Positions 1 to 9,849 of a stretch of 64,000 nt of DNA are shown in pieces; the stretch's first letter is position 1, and each line of letters starts with the position of its first letter. This stretch comes from Bdellovibrionales bacterium (GTDB lineage Bacteria > Bdellovibrionota > Bdellovibrionia > Bdellovibrionales > UBA1609), in the NCBI GenBank assembly GCA_027317865.1, contig DAHVQG010000001.1, forward strand, positions 192,001 through 256,000, given 5' to 3'. Both the position numbers and the translations under genes were made by a program. The notes beneath the pieces were generated by a model. It was not told the DNA's origin, made no database searches, and worked only from the letters and a program-made list of their open reading frames with translations.

Positions 1-311
1 GCGGCAACATTCGTCGCGGATTTGAAGGCGGCCAAATGCCGGTGCATCGCCGGTCCCCTAAATTTGGATTTAAAAATACTTTATTCACAACCCGTTATGA
101 AGTGGTGAATCTTGGCCAACTTGAAAAAATGAGCGGCGAAGTAACACCTGAGTCACTTAAAGCGGCGGGTTTGATCAAGTACGGGCCGGTTAAAATTCTT
201 GGTCAAGGAACACTAACAAAAAATTTAACGGTAAAAGTTCATAAATTCAGCGAATCCGCCAAAAACGCGATTGAAAAGGCAGGCGGAAAGGTTGAGGTCA
301 TCCAGTTGTGA
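1..311 (+). CDS. rplO: 50S ribosomal protein L15 (5' part outside window)
   Basis: GFEGGQMP..RRxPKFGF and VKILGx[16 protein letters not shown] motifs; directly upstream of secY. Confidence 0.95.
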   Translation, partial: GNIRRGFEGGQMPVHRRSPKFGFKNTLFTTRYEVVNLGQLEKMSGEVTPESLKAAGLIKYGPVKILGQGTLTKNLTVKVHKFSESAKNAIEKAGGKVEVIQL

Positions 312-1630
312 AGCAGCCGCAATTGACGATTCCACCTGAGCTTAGAAAACGAATTTTATTTACTATTTTTATGCTCATAATTTATCGCCTAGGGGTCGCA
401 GTGCCGACTCCCGGGGTGAACAGTACTGCGGTATTCGATTTTTTTAAGCAAAACAGCGGCAGTCTTTTCGGCTTATTCAACACGTTTACTGGTGGAGCGC
501 TATCGAGATTTAGTATTTTCGCACTCGGCATCATGCCCTACATCTCGGCGGCTATTATATTTGAACTTTTGCAAACAGCGGTGCCGCAACTTGAACAGCT
601 AAGAAAAGAAGGCGAACAGGGGCGAAAAAAGATTACGCAGTACACGCGTTACGCAACTGTTTTATTGGCGATCGTGCAAGGTTACGCGATGGCATCATGG
701 CTTTTGCGAAGCCCCACCTCTGGGCAGCCTATTATTTCGATGCCCTATTTTGGAGTCCATTTTCTATCGTTTCACGTGATGACCATTATCACGCTTACCG
801 CCGGTACAACATTTCTCATGTGGGTTGGCGAACAGATCGATGATCGTGGAGTGGGTAACGGCGCGAGCCTCATCATTTTTGCGGGTATTGCCGCCGGTAT
901 TCCTGGTGGAACGATGCGCTTTTGGAAGATGGTCTCGTCCGGCGAGATGAGTTTATTGATCGCTCTCTTGCTACTAGTGGGCATGGTCGCCGTCATTGCC
1001 GTGATTGTTTTTCTAGAAGTTGGCCAGAGACGGCTGCCGATTCAATACTCCCAGCGCGGACCGGGGCGAATGGCAATGCAAACTCCGTCGAGTTTTTTGC
1101 CACTTAAAATTAACTTTGCAAACGTGATCCCGCCGATTTTTGCGTCATCATTACTTTTGTTCCCAGCAACAATGGCGCAGTTTATTCACGCATCTTGGAT
1201 GCAAAATTTAAAAAATTCGATAACGCCGACCGGTGGCATTTACAATATTATTTACGTCATTTTGATCGTGTTCTTTTGCTATTTTTATACGGAAATCGCA
1301 TTTAACCCAACTGAAGTTTCTGACAATTTAAAAAAATGGGGTGGTTTTATTCCGGGTATCCGTGCGGGCCGTAGTACGACCGAATATATCGTTACGGTTT
1401 TGAATCGCTTGACCACGGCCGGGGCGATTTATTTAAGCGCAGTTTGCGTTTTGCCGATTATGCTTTTTCAATATGTACACGTACCGTTCTACTTTGGCGG
1501 CACAACACTACTCATTCTTGTCGGCGTGGCCCTTGATACCAGTCAGCAAATTCAATCGCATATGATTACGGCACGGTACGAAAACGTAATGAAGGGTGTT
1601 AAATTTCGTAGCAGGAGGATTCAATATTGA
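308..1630 (+). CDS. secY: preprotein translocase subunit SecY
   Basis: [47 protein letters not shown] motifs; multi-TM protein. Confidence 0.98.
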   Translation: MKQPQLTIPPELRKRILFTIFMLIIYRLGVAVPTPGVNSTAVFDFFKQNSGSLFGLFNTFTGGALSRFSIFALGIMPYISAAIIFELLQTAVPQLEQLRKEGEQGRKKITQYTRYATVLLAIVQGYAMASWLLRSPTSGQPIISMPYFGVHFLSFHVMTIITLTAGTTFLMWVGEQIDDRGVGNGASLIIFAGIAAGIPGGTMRFWKMVSSGEMSLLIALLLLVGMVAVIAVIVFLEVGQRRLPIQYSQRGPGRMAMQTPSSFLPLKINFANVIPPIFASSLLLFPATMAQFIHASWMQNLKNSITPTGGIYNIIYVILIVFFCYFYTEIAFNPTEVSDNLKKWGGFIPGIRAGRSTTEYIVTVLNRLTTAGAIYLSAVCVLPIMLFQYVHVPFYFGGTTLLILVGVALDTSQQIQSHMITARYENVMKGVKFRSRRIQY

Positions 1631-2271
1631 ACATCCTGTTATTTGGACCTCCCGGAGCTGGTAAGGGAACTCAGTCAAGTTTGCTTGTTGAACGTAAAAA
1701 AATGAGTCACATCAGCACCGGAGATTTATTTCGCTCGGCCATTAAAAATGCCACTCCATTAGGTAAAGAGGCCAAGGGTTATTTAGATGCAGGTAAACTT
1801 GTTCCTGACGCTGTTACTATCGGAATGGTGCAAGAGGCGTTGAAGAATCTAAAGGGACAATCTTTCATACTTGATGGATTTCCACGTAATTTGTCGCAGG
1901 CAGATGCTTTAGAAACCTTACTTCGCGAACACCATTTACGTTTGGATAGAGCTGTATTTCTTGAGGTCGCCACCGACGAACTTGTGGCTCGGCTCTCTGG
2001 TCGGCGCACATGTCGCTCCTGTGGGGCAACGTACCACGTGACGGGCAAACCGTTAAAGGACGGGGTTCATTGTGATGTTTGTGGTAGCCAGGAGATTTAT
2101 CAGCGGCCGGATGACCAACCAGGCGCAATTCGCACGCGTTTGGAGGTGTATGAAGCATCGACGAAACCGCTCAAAGATTATTATGAAAAAACTGGCCAGC
2201 TGCGATTGGTAAATGGATCAGGAGATTTGGAAGCAATATATAAGCGAATTGAAAAAGCGTTGGAGGCGTAG
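1627..2271 (+). CDS. adk: adenylate kinase (Zn-lid type)
   Basis: GPPGAGKGTQ P-loop, HISTGDLFR, LDGFPR, CxxC..CxxC lid. Confidence 0.98.
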   Translation: MNILLFGPPGAGKGTQSSLLVERKKMSHISTGDLFRSAIKNATPLGKEAKGYLDAGKLVPDAVTIGMVQEALKNLKGQSFILDGFPRNLSQADALETLLREHHLRLDRAVFLEVATDELVARLSGRRTCRSCGATYHVTGKPLKDGVHCDVCGSQEIYQRPDDQPGAIRTRLEVYEASTKPLKDYYEKTGQLRLVNGSGDLEAIYKRIEKALEA

Positions 2272-2409
2272 AGCTGATTTCCGTATTCAGCCTAAAAAAG
2301 CTGGACGACTAATTGGCCGAGGTGTTAATGTCGGCGGTCCCGATTTTGCATTGTATTGAGTTAGAGCGCGCGGATTAAAACGACTGTTGGTTTTCGCGCG
2401 GAGGTAAAC

Positions 2410-2523
2410 ATGAAAGTCAGAGCATCAGTTAAACGGATTTGCGTTAAATGCAAAGTTATCAAAAGGCGCGGTGTCGTGCGTGTGATTTGTGAAAATCCCA
2501 AGCATAAGCAGCGTCAAGGTTAA
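2410..2523 (+). CDS. rpmJ: 50S ribosomal protein L36 (not in ORF track)
   Basis: Manual translation [44 protein letters not shown] upstream. Confidence 0.97.
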   Translation: MKVRASVKRICVKCKVIKRRGVVRVICENPKHKQRQG

Positions 2524-2540
2524 TTAATTCGAGGAGTAAA

Positions 2541-2921
2541 ATGGCACGTATAGCAGGCGTCGATTTGCCACGAAATAAACGAATGGAAGTTGCATTGACC
2601 TATATCTATGGCATCGGCCGTCCGCGCGCTCGCAAAGTTTGTGAAGCGGCCGGCATTGATACTGATTTGCGCAGCGACAACCTAACTGATGAGCAGATCG
2701 TAAAAATTCGAGCCGCCATCGATGCCGGCGGTAAAATCGAAGGCGATCTCAAACGTGAAGTCTCTATGAACATCAAGCGTCTCATCGATCTTGGTTGTTA
2801 CCGAGGATTGCGCCATAAAAAGGGACTTCCGGTACGCGGTCAAAGAACCCGGTCAAATGCGAGAACGCGCAAAGGTCCGAGAAAAACAGTGGCTAACAAA
2901 AAAATGGCAGTTAGCGGTTAA
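2541..2921 (+). CDS. rpsM: 30S ribosomal protein S13
   Basis: [27 protein letters not shown] motifs. Confidence 0.98.
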   Translation: MARIAGVDLPRNKRMEVALTYIYGIGRPRARKVCEAAGIDTDLRSDNLTDEQIVKIRAAIDAGGKIEGDLKREVSMNIKRLIDLGCYRGLRHKKGLPVRGQRTRSNARTRKGPRKTVANKKMAVSG

Positions 2922-2967
2922 TTGAAAATTTATATTGTAACAAAAGGTATCAAAATAAGGTGTGAGA

Positions 2968-3408
2968 ATGGCAGAGACTGAAAAGAAAGCCGAAAAAACC
3001 GAGAAAACTGAAAAGCCAAATTCGACAGCCGGTTCTGCGCCAAAGAAAAAGACGAAGCGCAATGTCCCGGTCGGGCGCTGTTACGTTCAAGCGAGTTTTG
3101 GTAATACGATCGTCACTTTTACTGATGGTACGGGCAATGCGATATGCTGGTCGTCCGCAGGACTTCAAGGATTTAAAGGGAGCCGAAAAGGGACGCCGTT
3201 TGCGGCGCAAGTGGCAGCTGAGGATGCTGGCCGCAAAGCTCTAGAAAGCGGAGTAAAATCGGTTGATCTTTTTGTTAACGGACCAGGTGCCGGCCGTGAA
3301 CCCGCTGTTCGCGCAATTGCTGGACTTGGGATTCGCATTTCATCGTTACGTGATGTGACGCCAGTCCCGCATAACGGTTGCCGTCCCCCTAAGCGTCGTC
3401 GAATTTAA
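2968..3408 (+). CDS. rpsK: 30S ribosomal protein S11
   Basis: [34 protein letters not shown] 2968 preferred over GTG 2962. Confidence 0.97.
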   Translation: MAETEKKAEKTEKTEKPNSTAGSAPKKKTKRNVPVGRCYVQASFGNTIVTFTDGTGNAICWSSAGLQGFKGSRKGTPFAAQVAAEDAGRKALESGVKSVDLFVNGPGAGREPAVRAIAGLGIRISSLRDVTPVPHNGCRPPKRRRI

Positions 3409-3427
3409 AAGTTAGGAGAATTAAAGC

Positions 3428-4495
3428 ATGCAGCAGCATTATTATAAATTTTGGAGAGATTTGATCCGGCCAAAAGGTTTTGAAGTAGACAAAGACAGCC
3501 TTTCTGAAAGTTACGGCCGATTTATTGTTCGCCCGCTTGAGCGTGGATACGGGGTTACACTAGGTAATTCTTTACGTAGAATCCTGTTAAGCTCCATGAT
3601 GGGTTCGGCGGTGAGCGCGGTTAAAATCGAAGGCGTGCTGCATGAGTTCAGCACGGTCCCGGACGTTCTTGAAGACGTCACCGATATTGTTTTGAACCTT
3701 AAACAAGTTCGGTTTAAACAATTTAATTCTGAGCCTCAGACGCTTAGAATTTCAAAACAGGGCCCTGGCGTTGTGACGGCGGCTGATATTCAGATTAGCG
3801 ATCAAATCGTTATTTTAAATCCTGAACAGCACATTGCAACTCTTGGTAAAGAAGCCAAGTTTGAAGCTGAAGTCATTGTTATGTTGGGTCGAGGTTATGT
3901 CGAGGCAGAGTCGCTTAAAAAAGAATTGCCCATCGGCTATATCGCGGTTGACTCTTTACACAGCCCAATTCGTCGCGTGAACTATTCCGTGTCGAACGCT
4001 CGTGTTGGTCAACGAACCGACTATGATGCTCTTGAACTTGAAGTTTGGACCGACGGATCGCTCAAACCCGAAGAAGCAGTATCTCTGGGTTCAAAGATTT
4101 TAAAAGAGCAACTTCAGATTTTTCTAACGTTTGATGAAAATCTCGAGCCGCACGAAGAAGAAGTGAAAACGTCTTCGCCGAAACTCAACGATAATTTATT
4201 TCGATCGGTTGATGACCTTGAACTTTCAGTTCGCAGTGCGAATTGTTTGAAAAATGCGAACATTCGGTACATCGGCGAGCTTGTGACAAAAACTGAAGCC
4301 GAAATGCTTAAAACGAAAAATTTTGGCCGCAAGTCACTCAACGAGATCAAAGAAATTTTGGTTGGTATGGGGCTCTCCTTAGGGATGAAAATCGAAGGTT
4401 GGCCACCGCCAGGTTGGGATCCGAACACGCCGCCAAAGCCTGCGGTTGGTGCGACCCCTGCGGTCACACCCACGCCGAACGGACAACAGCAGTAG
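3428..4495 (+). CDS. rpoA: RNA polymerase subunit alpha
   Basis: [45 protein letters not shown]. Confidence 0.98.
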   Translation: MQQHYYKFWRDLIRPKGFEVDKDSLSESYGRFIVRPLERGYGVTLGNSLRRILLSSMMGSAVSAVKIEGVLHEFSTVPDVLEDVTDIVLNLKQVRFKQFNSEPQTLRISKQGPGVVTAADIQISDQIVILNPEQHIATLGKEAKFEAEVIVMLGRGYVEAESLKKELPIGYIAVDSLHSPIRRVNYSVSNARVGQRTDYDALELEVWTDGSLKPEEAVSLGSKILKEQLQIFLTFDENLEPHEEEVKTSSPKLNDNLFRSVDDLELSVRSANCLKNANIRYIGELVTKTEAEMLKTKNFGRKSLNEIKEILVGMGLSLGMKIEGWPPPGWDPNTPPKPAVGATPAVTPTPNGQQQ

Positions 4496-4517
4496 AATTA
4501 TTTGAGGAGTAGTTAAG

Positions 4518-5021
4518 ATGCGACACAAAGTTCACAGTCACTCTTTTAGCCGGAAATTGACAGCCCGTAAGTCGCTTATGCGGGGGCTGATCGCATCGAT
4601 GGTGTTAAATGAGCGAGTTCGCACGACGCTTGCGAAAGCCAAAGAACTTCGTCGTCATGTCGATCGTGCGGTTACATTGAGTAAAAAAGGTGACTTATCT
4701 GCGCGGCGCTTATTGATTTCGAAAATTGGCCATCCGGAAGCGGTTGAAAAGTTGATTAAAGAAGTTGGTGTGCGCTTTAAGTCACGTCCGGGCGGTTATA
4801 CACGCATATTGAAACTCAATGCCCGCCCTGGCGATATGGCTCCGATGGCCTATATTGAATTTGTTGACTACAAGTTGCCAGAAGCGGCTAAAGACGGCGA
4901 AACAACTGTGCGTGGTGACAAAGATTCAGTGAAAAAGGCAAAGGTTCGTGCGAAGGCAGCTGCAAAACAAAAGAAATCGATACGGCAGTTGCAAGCGCGA
5001 TCACGTCGAATGGCTCGGTAA
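4518..5021 (+). CDS. rplQ: 50S ribosomal protein L17 with basic C-terminal extension
   Basis: MRH.., TTLAKAKELR, RPGGYTRILK..R.GD.APMAYIEFV. Confidence 0.96.
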   Translation: MRHKVHSHSFSRKLTARKSLMRGLIASMVLNERVRTTLAKAKELRRHVDRAVTLSKKGDLSARRLLISKIGHPEAVEKLIKEVGVRFKSRPGGYTRILKLNARPGDMAPMAYIEFVDYKLPEAAKDGETTVRGDKDSVKKAKVRAKAAAKQKKSIRQLQARSRRMAR

Positions 5022-5024
5022 AAA

Positions 5025-5621
5025 ATGAAGATATCTCCCCAAGTAAAAGCGCTCCTCGTTGTCATTCTGTTGGCAGGGGTGTTGTGGCTCTTGTGGATAA
5101 GATATCGCGGTGTTTTAACTCGCGGACGAATGCCCCCGCGTTCAACACAAATTCTGATGCGGCTTGAAAAACATGGGATACCCGATTTTTCATTTCGTGA
5201 TTTAAGCGGTCAAAAAATAAGTCTAGCGAAGTTTCACGGTAAAGTTGTACTGCTCAATTTCTTTGCGTCATGGTGCGACCCCTGCGTGGCCGAGTTCCCT
5301 TCATTACTTAAACTTGTTGATCATTTTAAAGGCAAGGTTGTGCTAATTGCCGTATCAGCTGATTATACACTGTCGGATCTAAAGTCGTTTTTGGGAACAT
5401 TTCATATCAACAGTAATTATGTACATGTGATCTGGGATAAAAATCAAAAGCTGGCCCAAGAATATGGGACATTTCAATTGCCGGAATCTTATATAATCGA
5501 CCGAAAAGGGCGGTTAGTTCGAAAAATTGCAGGTTCTGAGAACTGGGCTTCGTCCGACGCTTACGAATTTTTTAAAGACGTTTGGGCTGGGCGTATTTCT
5601 AATACAGCAATAAAACAATAA
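5025..5621 (+). CDS. TlpA/ResA-family membrane-anchored thiol:disulfide oxidoreductase
   Basis: N-terminal TM, VLLNFFASWCDPC, LPESYIIDRKG. Confidence 0.9.
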   Translation: MKISPQVKALLVVILLAGVLWLLWIRYRGVLTRGRMPPRSTQILMRLEKHGIPDFSFRDLSGQKISLAKFHGKVVLLNFFASWCDPCVAEFPSLLKLVDHFKGKVVLIAVSADYTLSDLKSFLGTFHINSNYVHVIWDKNQKLAQEYGTFQLPESYIIDRKGRLVRKIAGSENWASSDAYEFFKDVWAGRISNTAIKQ

Positions 5622-5639
5622 TAATTTATTTTGAATGCG

Positions 5640-6062
5640 CTAATTCTGCTGACCAGAGAGTGTAGGCAGTTGCTTTGATAACTCCCGAAGTTTTTCTCTT
5701 TGTTCGGGAGTCCAAGTTGCGGCAAACGCGGCTGGATTTCTGCTGAATTTTTCTAATTCCTTTTGCATTTTGGCGGGATCGCCGTGCGAGCCTTTTACGA
5801 CATTAGCAAAGACGTCGGACGCGAGACTATAAATTTCTTGGGATGTTTTGGTGTTACCACCAGTAATTTTGTTTACATACGCCTCGGCGGCTTTTGCTTT
5901 GGCGCTATTTTTACTAAATTCTTCACGTTTCGAAGGATTTTGTAACAGTGACTGAGTTTGTTTTAATGCCTGGCCGGAAGCGGCGTCGAGGCTTTGGGCA
6001 TGGCCATGTACCGAAATGAGAAAAAACAAGGCTGAAATCAAAGCAAACGAATTCCCTGACAT
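5640..6062 (-). CDS. secreted hypothetical protein
   Basis: Signal peptide ending HGHA; helical 140-aa ORF. Confidence 0.7.
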   Translation of the reverse strand: MSGNSFALISALFFLISVHGHAQSLDAASGQALKQTQSLLQNPSKREEFSKNSAKAKAAEAYVNKITGGNTKTSQEIYSLASDVFANVVKGSHGDPAKMQKELEKFSRNPAAFAATWTPEQREKLRELSKQLPTLSGQQN

Positions 6063-6068
6063 AGTAGG

Positions 6069-6096
6069 TTATCGGTTAAACAGTACCTAAACTTTA
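6069..6096 (-). promoter_or_regulatory. putative sigma28 (FliA) promoter
   Basis: Minus strand TAAAGTTT-N12-ACCGATAA ending 6 nt before the ATG at 6062. Confidence 0.5.
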
Positions 6097-6246
6097 GGTT
6101 AGTAGAGCGCGTGTTGTTAGTAGAGCGCGAATAGGTTGGCGCAACGTTTGGGGGGCGCAAGTCCGATGAGTCGGACAATTTGGCAAGAGAAGACGGATTT
6201 AGTCGTGTTTGTCGGATTTTTATAAACAAAATAACTCCGTCGGCAA

Positions 6247-6579
6247 ATGATAAATGAAATGAATTTAAAGGCGCAGCTGCGTAGTTTATTACGAGCCAAC
6301 GGCATGACAGCGGCGGATTTGTCGCGTGCAACGGGGATTCCAAAACAGTCAATATCGGATTGGCTTGCGGGAGTGGCTCCACGAGACCTAAGGCGGTTGA
6401 AAAAAGTCGCCGGAGTTTTTGGCGTCACTGTTGATGAATTGGTGTTTGGCGAGTTTGACGGTTCGTCTAATCAAAAAATGTTTGATTTCGCAACCACAGT
6501 TGACGATGATGGTTGGATTACGGGTCTTTATGAGATTCGGTTTCGACGTGTTCAGCACGATAGGGGTGGTAACAGTTGA
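6247..6579 (+). CDS. XRE/Cro-family HTH transcriptional regulator
   Basis: MTAADLSRATGIPKQSISDWLAG..LKKVAGVFGVTVDEL. Confidence 0.88.
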   Translation: MINEMNLKAQLRSLLRANGMTAADLSRATGIPKQSISDWLAGVAPRDLRRLKKVAGVFGVTVDELVFGEFDGSSNQKMFDFATTVDDDGWITGLYEIRFRRVQHDRGGNS

Positions 6580-6803
6580 CACAAGGTGGCCCAATACAGT
6601 CGGTATCAACTGAAGATTTAACCAAAGAAGAGCCGCGGCGGCATACTATTCTAATTCGAAAAGTTCGGTGCAATACAAAAGAGTGTAAATGCGGTCGTGT
6701 TCATGAATCGTTGCCCAAAAGGGCACTGCCGCTTCGCTGGGGTAGCAAAATTGCGTGGCGTTTTACCTGCGAGTGCGGAGCAACGCTCACTTGGAGTGTC
6801 TAA
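6576..6803 (+). CDS. small Cys-rich hypothetical protein (possible Zn ribbon)
   Basis: CNTKECKCG..CECG; TTG start overlaps the XRE stop; GGGGTGG SD-like sequence upstream. Confidence 0.45.
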   Translation: MTQGGPIQSVSTEDLTKEEPRRHTILIRKVRCNTKECKCGRVHESLPKRALPLRWGSKIAWRFTCECGATLTWSV

Positions 6804-6850
6804 ATTTTTGACAACCTAATGAAAAATGGTGGCGTCGATGGCGATTGACG

Positions 6851-6890
6851 CCGAGAAATGTCGATAGATACCGAGAAATGCCGAGAAGTG
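6851..6890 (+). repeat. three in-phase 10-bp repeats CCGAGAA(A/G)TG
   Basis: Copies at 6851, 6871 and 6881. Confidence 0.8.
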
Positions 6891-6931
6891 TCGCTATCGA
6901 ATATTTAACGGTTCGGGTATAATCCTGTGCA

Positions 6932-7474
6932 GTGAAAATCCTTTCTTTTTTAATTTTAATCACTTTAACTTCAGGGATGGCACTGGGCCAGCCGACAACC
7001 ATAGTTCGCGTCAAAGCTTTAAAGGAGCGCCGAAATTCGTGTCCTGTGGAATTGGCCGCGAATGATATTATACGTGAAGCGATTGCTCAAGCGCAGGCCG
7101 TAAAAGAAAGCGCGCTCGCCAAAAGTGAATGGCAGTGTTTGAGCCGCACCGGATATCAAATGAAGATTCGTTTTGATGAGGTTGCCGTGGCTATCCCGAG
7201 TGATGGCAGGCAAAATCTCAGTGGCACACTGGATTTCGAGTTAACGGGTTCTGAATTTAAAGAACCAATTGTGCAGTCGGCTCGTTATTATTCAGCTGGC
7301 AATCGCAAAATTTCATTCGGTATCGCGGGCCGAGATTCTTACAATCACGGTTTTCGCGAAGTTATTTTGGCGTTTGGTCCTGAAAATCAGGTGACCAGGG
7401 CAGAGTTGGTTCACATCAATTTTACTGGGCGTAACCTTTTTGAGCTTTCATGCCATGCAATTTCCGCAATTTAA
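6932..7474 (+). CDS. secreted hypothetical protein
   Basis: Signal peptide MKILSFLILITLTSGMALG; TATAAT at 6918-6923. Confidence 0.65.
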   Translation: MKILSFLILITLTSGMALGQPTTIVRVKALKERRNSCPVELAANDIIREAIAQAQAVKESALAKSEWQCLSRTGYQMKIRFDEVAVAIPSDGRQNLSGTLDFELTGSEFKEPIVQSARYYSAGNRKISFGIAGRDSYNHGFREVILAFGPENQVTRAELVHINFTGRNLFELSCHAISAI

Positions 7475-8228
7475 AGGCAAATCCGAATTAGAAACTCTGA
7501 CGTCGCCAGGCGCCTATCTTGAATATTTGAAAACGCGAGGGGCTTACCCGTCGAACCCAGCACCGAGTGGAATCGTCATGTGCTACAGTCGCCGATTATT
7601 CGATTATATTCGCGAAAATCACAAAACCACCCCAGGCGACGGTTTTGCAAAGTTTGTTCATTTTCTCGACGAGTCTTATGGCAATATTGCGGTCACGAAA
7701 TGTTTCGGCATCGGCGCCCCGACAGCAGTGACGGTCGTCGAAGAGCTTATCGCATGGGGAGTAAAATCGTTTATCTCAATTGGTACGGCCGGCACGCTGC
7801 AACCCTCCATCAACATTGGTGACATCGTTTTATGTGAGCGGGCGATTCGCGATGAGGGGACGTCATTTCATTATATTGCCCCGGCAAAGTACGCCGAAGC
7901 ATCGAAAATCCTCACTGATAAATTAGAAATCCAATTGCAAATGCAAAATTTAAGATTCTTTAGGGGGACCAGCTGGACAACGGACGCGCCATACAGAGAG
8001 ACAATCGAAGAAGCGCGTGCCTATCAGGCGGAAGGGATTTCGACGGTTGATATGGAGGCCGCCGCTCTATTTTCAGTCGGTGCTTTTCGCAATGTTGAAA
8101 TGTCGGCCATGTTTTCTGTTTCGGATTCACTTGCAAAATTGAAATGGGAGCCGCATTTTCACAATGATAAAACGATGCAAAGTTTAGATAAAATATTTCA
8201 AGCGGCCAAGTGCGCGCTGTCATCTTAA
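7455..8228 (+). CDS. nucleoside phosphorylase (PNP/UDP family)
   Basis: GIGAP, IGTAG, AIRDEGTS.HY, WTTDAPYRET, VDMEAAA, VSD; ATG 7455 preferred. Confidence 0.92.
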   Translation: MQFPQFKGKSELETLTSPGAYLEYLKTRGAYPSNPAPSGIVMCYSRRLFDYIRENHKTTPGDGFAKFVHFLDESYGNIAVTKCFGIGAPTAVTVVEELIAWGVKSFISIGTAGTLQPSINIGDIVLCERAIRDEGTSFHYIAPAKYAEASKILTDKLEIQLQMQNLRFFRGTSWTTDAPYRETIEEARAYQAEGISTVDMEAAALFSVGAFRNVEMSAMFSVSDSLAKLKWEPHFHNDKTMQSLDKIFQAAKCALSS

Positions 8229-8249
8229 GCAGTAAGAGGGGGATTTCAT

Positions 8250-9656
8250 ATGCAAAGCATGGAAAACGAATTTATCTCGCAGTTTTGGGATCAGCAAATT
8301 GTCCCCACTTTAAAAACTTATATCGAGATACCGGCGAAATCGCCGGGTTTTGATCCGGACTGGAAGAAGTCCGGCCATATAGATCGTGCGCTTGAGCTTG
8401 TAAAAGAATGGATTGTAGAACAGGACGTTGAAGGGTTGAGTACTAAAGTATTTGAAGAACCCAATCGCACGCCGCTCATTTTGTTGGATTTGCCAGGCAC
8501 TCACGATCGACAAGTGCTGATGTACGGCCATCTTGATAAACAGCCTGAGATGACTGGCTGGAGTGAAGGCCTTGGCCCATGGCAAGCTGTTCAACGCGGC
8601 GAAAAACTTTATGGACGGGGCGGCGCGGACGACGGCTATGCCGTGTTCGCCTGCGTATGCGCACTCAAAGAATTACAGCGTACAAATGCCCCGCGGCCGC
8701 ACATACGGGTGGCTATTGAATTCAGCGAAGAAAGTGGGTCAACCGATTTACCCTATTATTTTGATCGGTATGCTGCCGAATTTGGTACGCCTGATCTTGT
8801 AATTTGTCTTGATTCGGGCGCCGGCAATTATGAACAGTTTTGGATGACGACCTCTTTGCGCGGTCTCATTAACGGAATATTGCGTGTGCAAGTTTTAGAT
8901 GAAGGAGTGCACTCAGGAGACGCCAGTGGCGTCGTGCCGTCATCGTTTCGAATCGCGCGAATGCTCCTCGATCGAATTGAAAATGTAAAAACGGGAGAAG
9001 TGAAATTGCCGGGATTTAAAATGAATGTTCCAAAAGAACGAATGATGCAGATAAGGCGAGCCGGTAAAGCGTTGGGGCGTGAGGTATACGCGAAATTTCC
9101 GTTTAACGGCCGCATGCTCCCTGCGGCACGTGACATTCAAACTTTGATTTTAAATCGCACGTGGCGTTCAGCTTTGTCGGTGACCGGTGCGGGTGGTCTG
9201 CCTGAGCCGGTCAAAGCGGGCAACGTTCTAAGGCCGTATACGGAGCTCAAGTTGTCGCTGCGTCTACCGCCAACGCTCAACGCTGATCGTGCCGCAAAAA
9301 TATTAAAAAAAACGCTCGAAAAAAATCCACCGTATCGGGCTCGAGTGACATTTGAAATTGAAGACAAGGCGGATGGATGGGATGCGCCGACCATGAAACC
9401 GGGGCTTATGCGACTTGTTCAAGAGGCATCGAGAAAATCATTTGGTCACGAAGCGCTGGCGATGGGTGAAGGCGGTTCGATCCCGTTTATGGGGATGTTG
9501 GGTAAGAAATTTCCGAAAGCGCAATTTGTGATCACGGGGGTGTTGGGCCCAGGATCTAATGCTCATGGCCCCAATGAATTCATTCACATTGGCTATGCCA
9601 AAAAAGTAAACGCATGCATCGCGCACATTCTCGCGAACTCACGAGATATTGGTTAA
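8250..9656 (+). CDS. M20-family metallopeptidase (ArgE/DapE-like)
   Basis: YGHLDKQP, GRGGADDG, EESGS, NAHGPNE. Confidence 0.93.
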   Translation: MQSMENEFISQFWDQQIVPTLKTYIEIPAKSPGFDPDWKKSGHIDRALELVKEWIVEQDVEGLSTKVFEEPNRTPLILLDLPGTHDRQVLMYGHLDKQPEMTGWSEGLGPWQAVQRGEKLYGRGGADDGYAVFACVCALKELQRTNAPRPHIRVAIEFSEESGSTDLPYYFDRYAAEFGTPDLVICLDSGAGNYEQFWMTTSLRGLINGILRVQVLDEGVHSGDASGVVPSSFRIARMLLDRIENVKTGEVKLPGFKMNVPKERMMQIRRAGKALGREVYAKFPFNGRMLPAARDIQTLILNRTWRSALSVTGAGGLPEPVKAGNVLRPYTELKLSLRLPPTLNADRAAKILKKTLEKNPPYRARVTFEIEDKADGWDAPTMKPGLMRLVQEASRKSFGHEALAMGEGGSIPFMGMLGKKFPKAQFVITGVLGPGSNAHGPNEFIHIGYAKKVNACIAHILANSRDIG

Positions 9657-9849
9657 CCTTATTTGGCACCACAAATGGCGTTGTAATAGGCGTGTGTCGC
9701 CGTTTTTGCTTGCGAAGTCGGTGCCGCCAATACGCGCGCACTCAACCCGAAAATTTAAAATTTTGCGCAAAAGAGAAAAGTCATTTTAAATTGGATTCTC
9801 GAAATCATTCGGCATCCTTAGAATTCAATGGAGTATTTATAGCCACGCA

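Noticed and set aside
6247-6803. XRE plus Cys-rich ORF as a prophage
   Set aside because: No integrase, replication or structural phage genes nearby.
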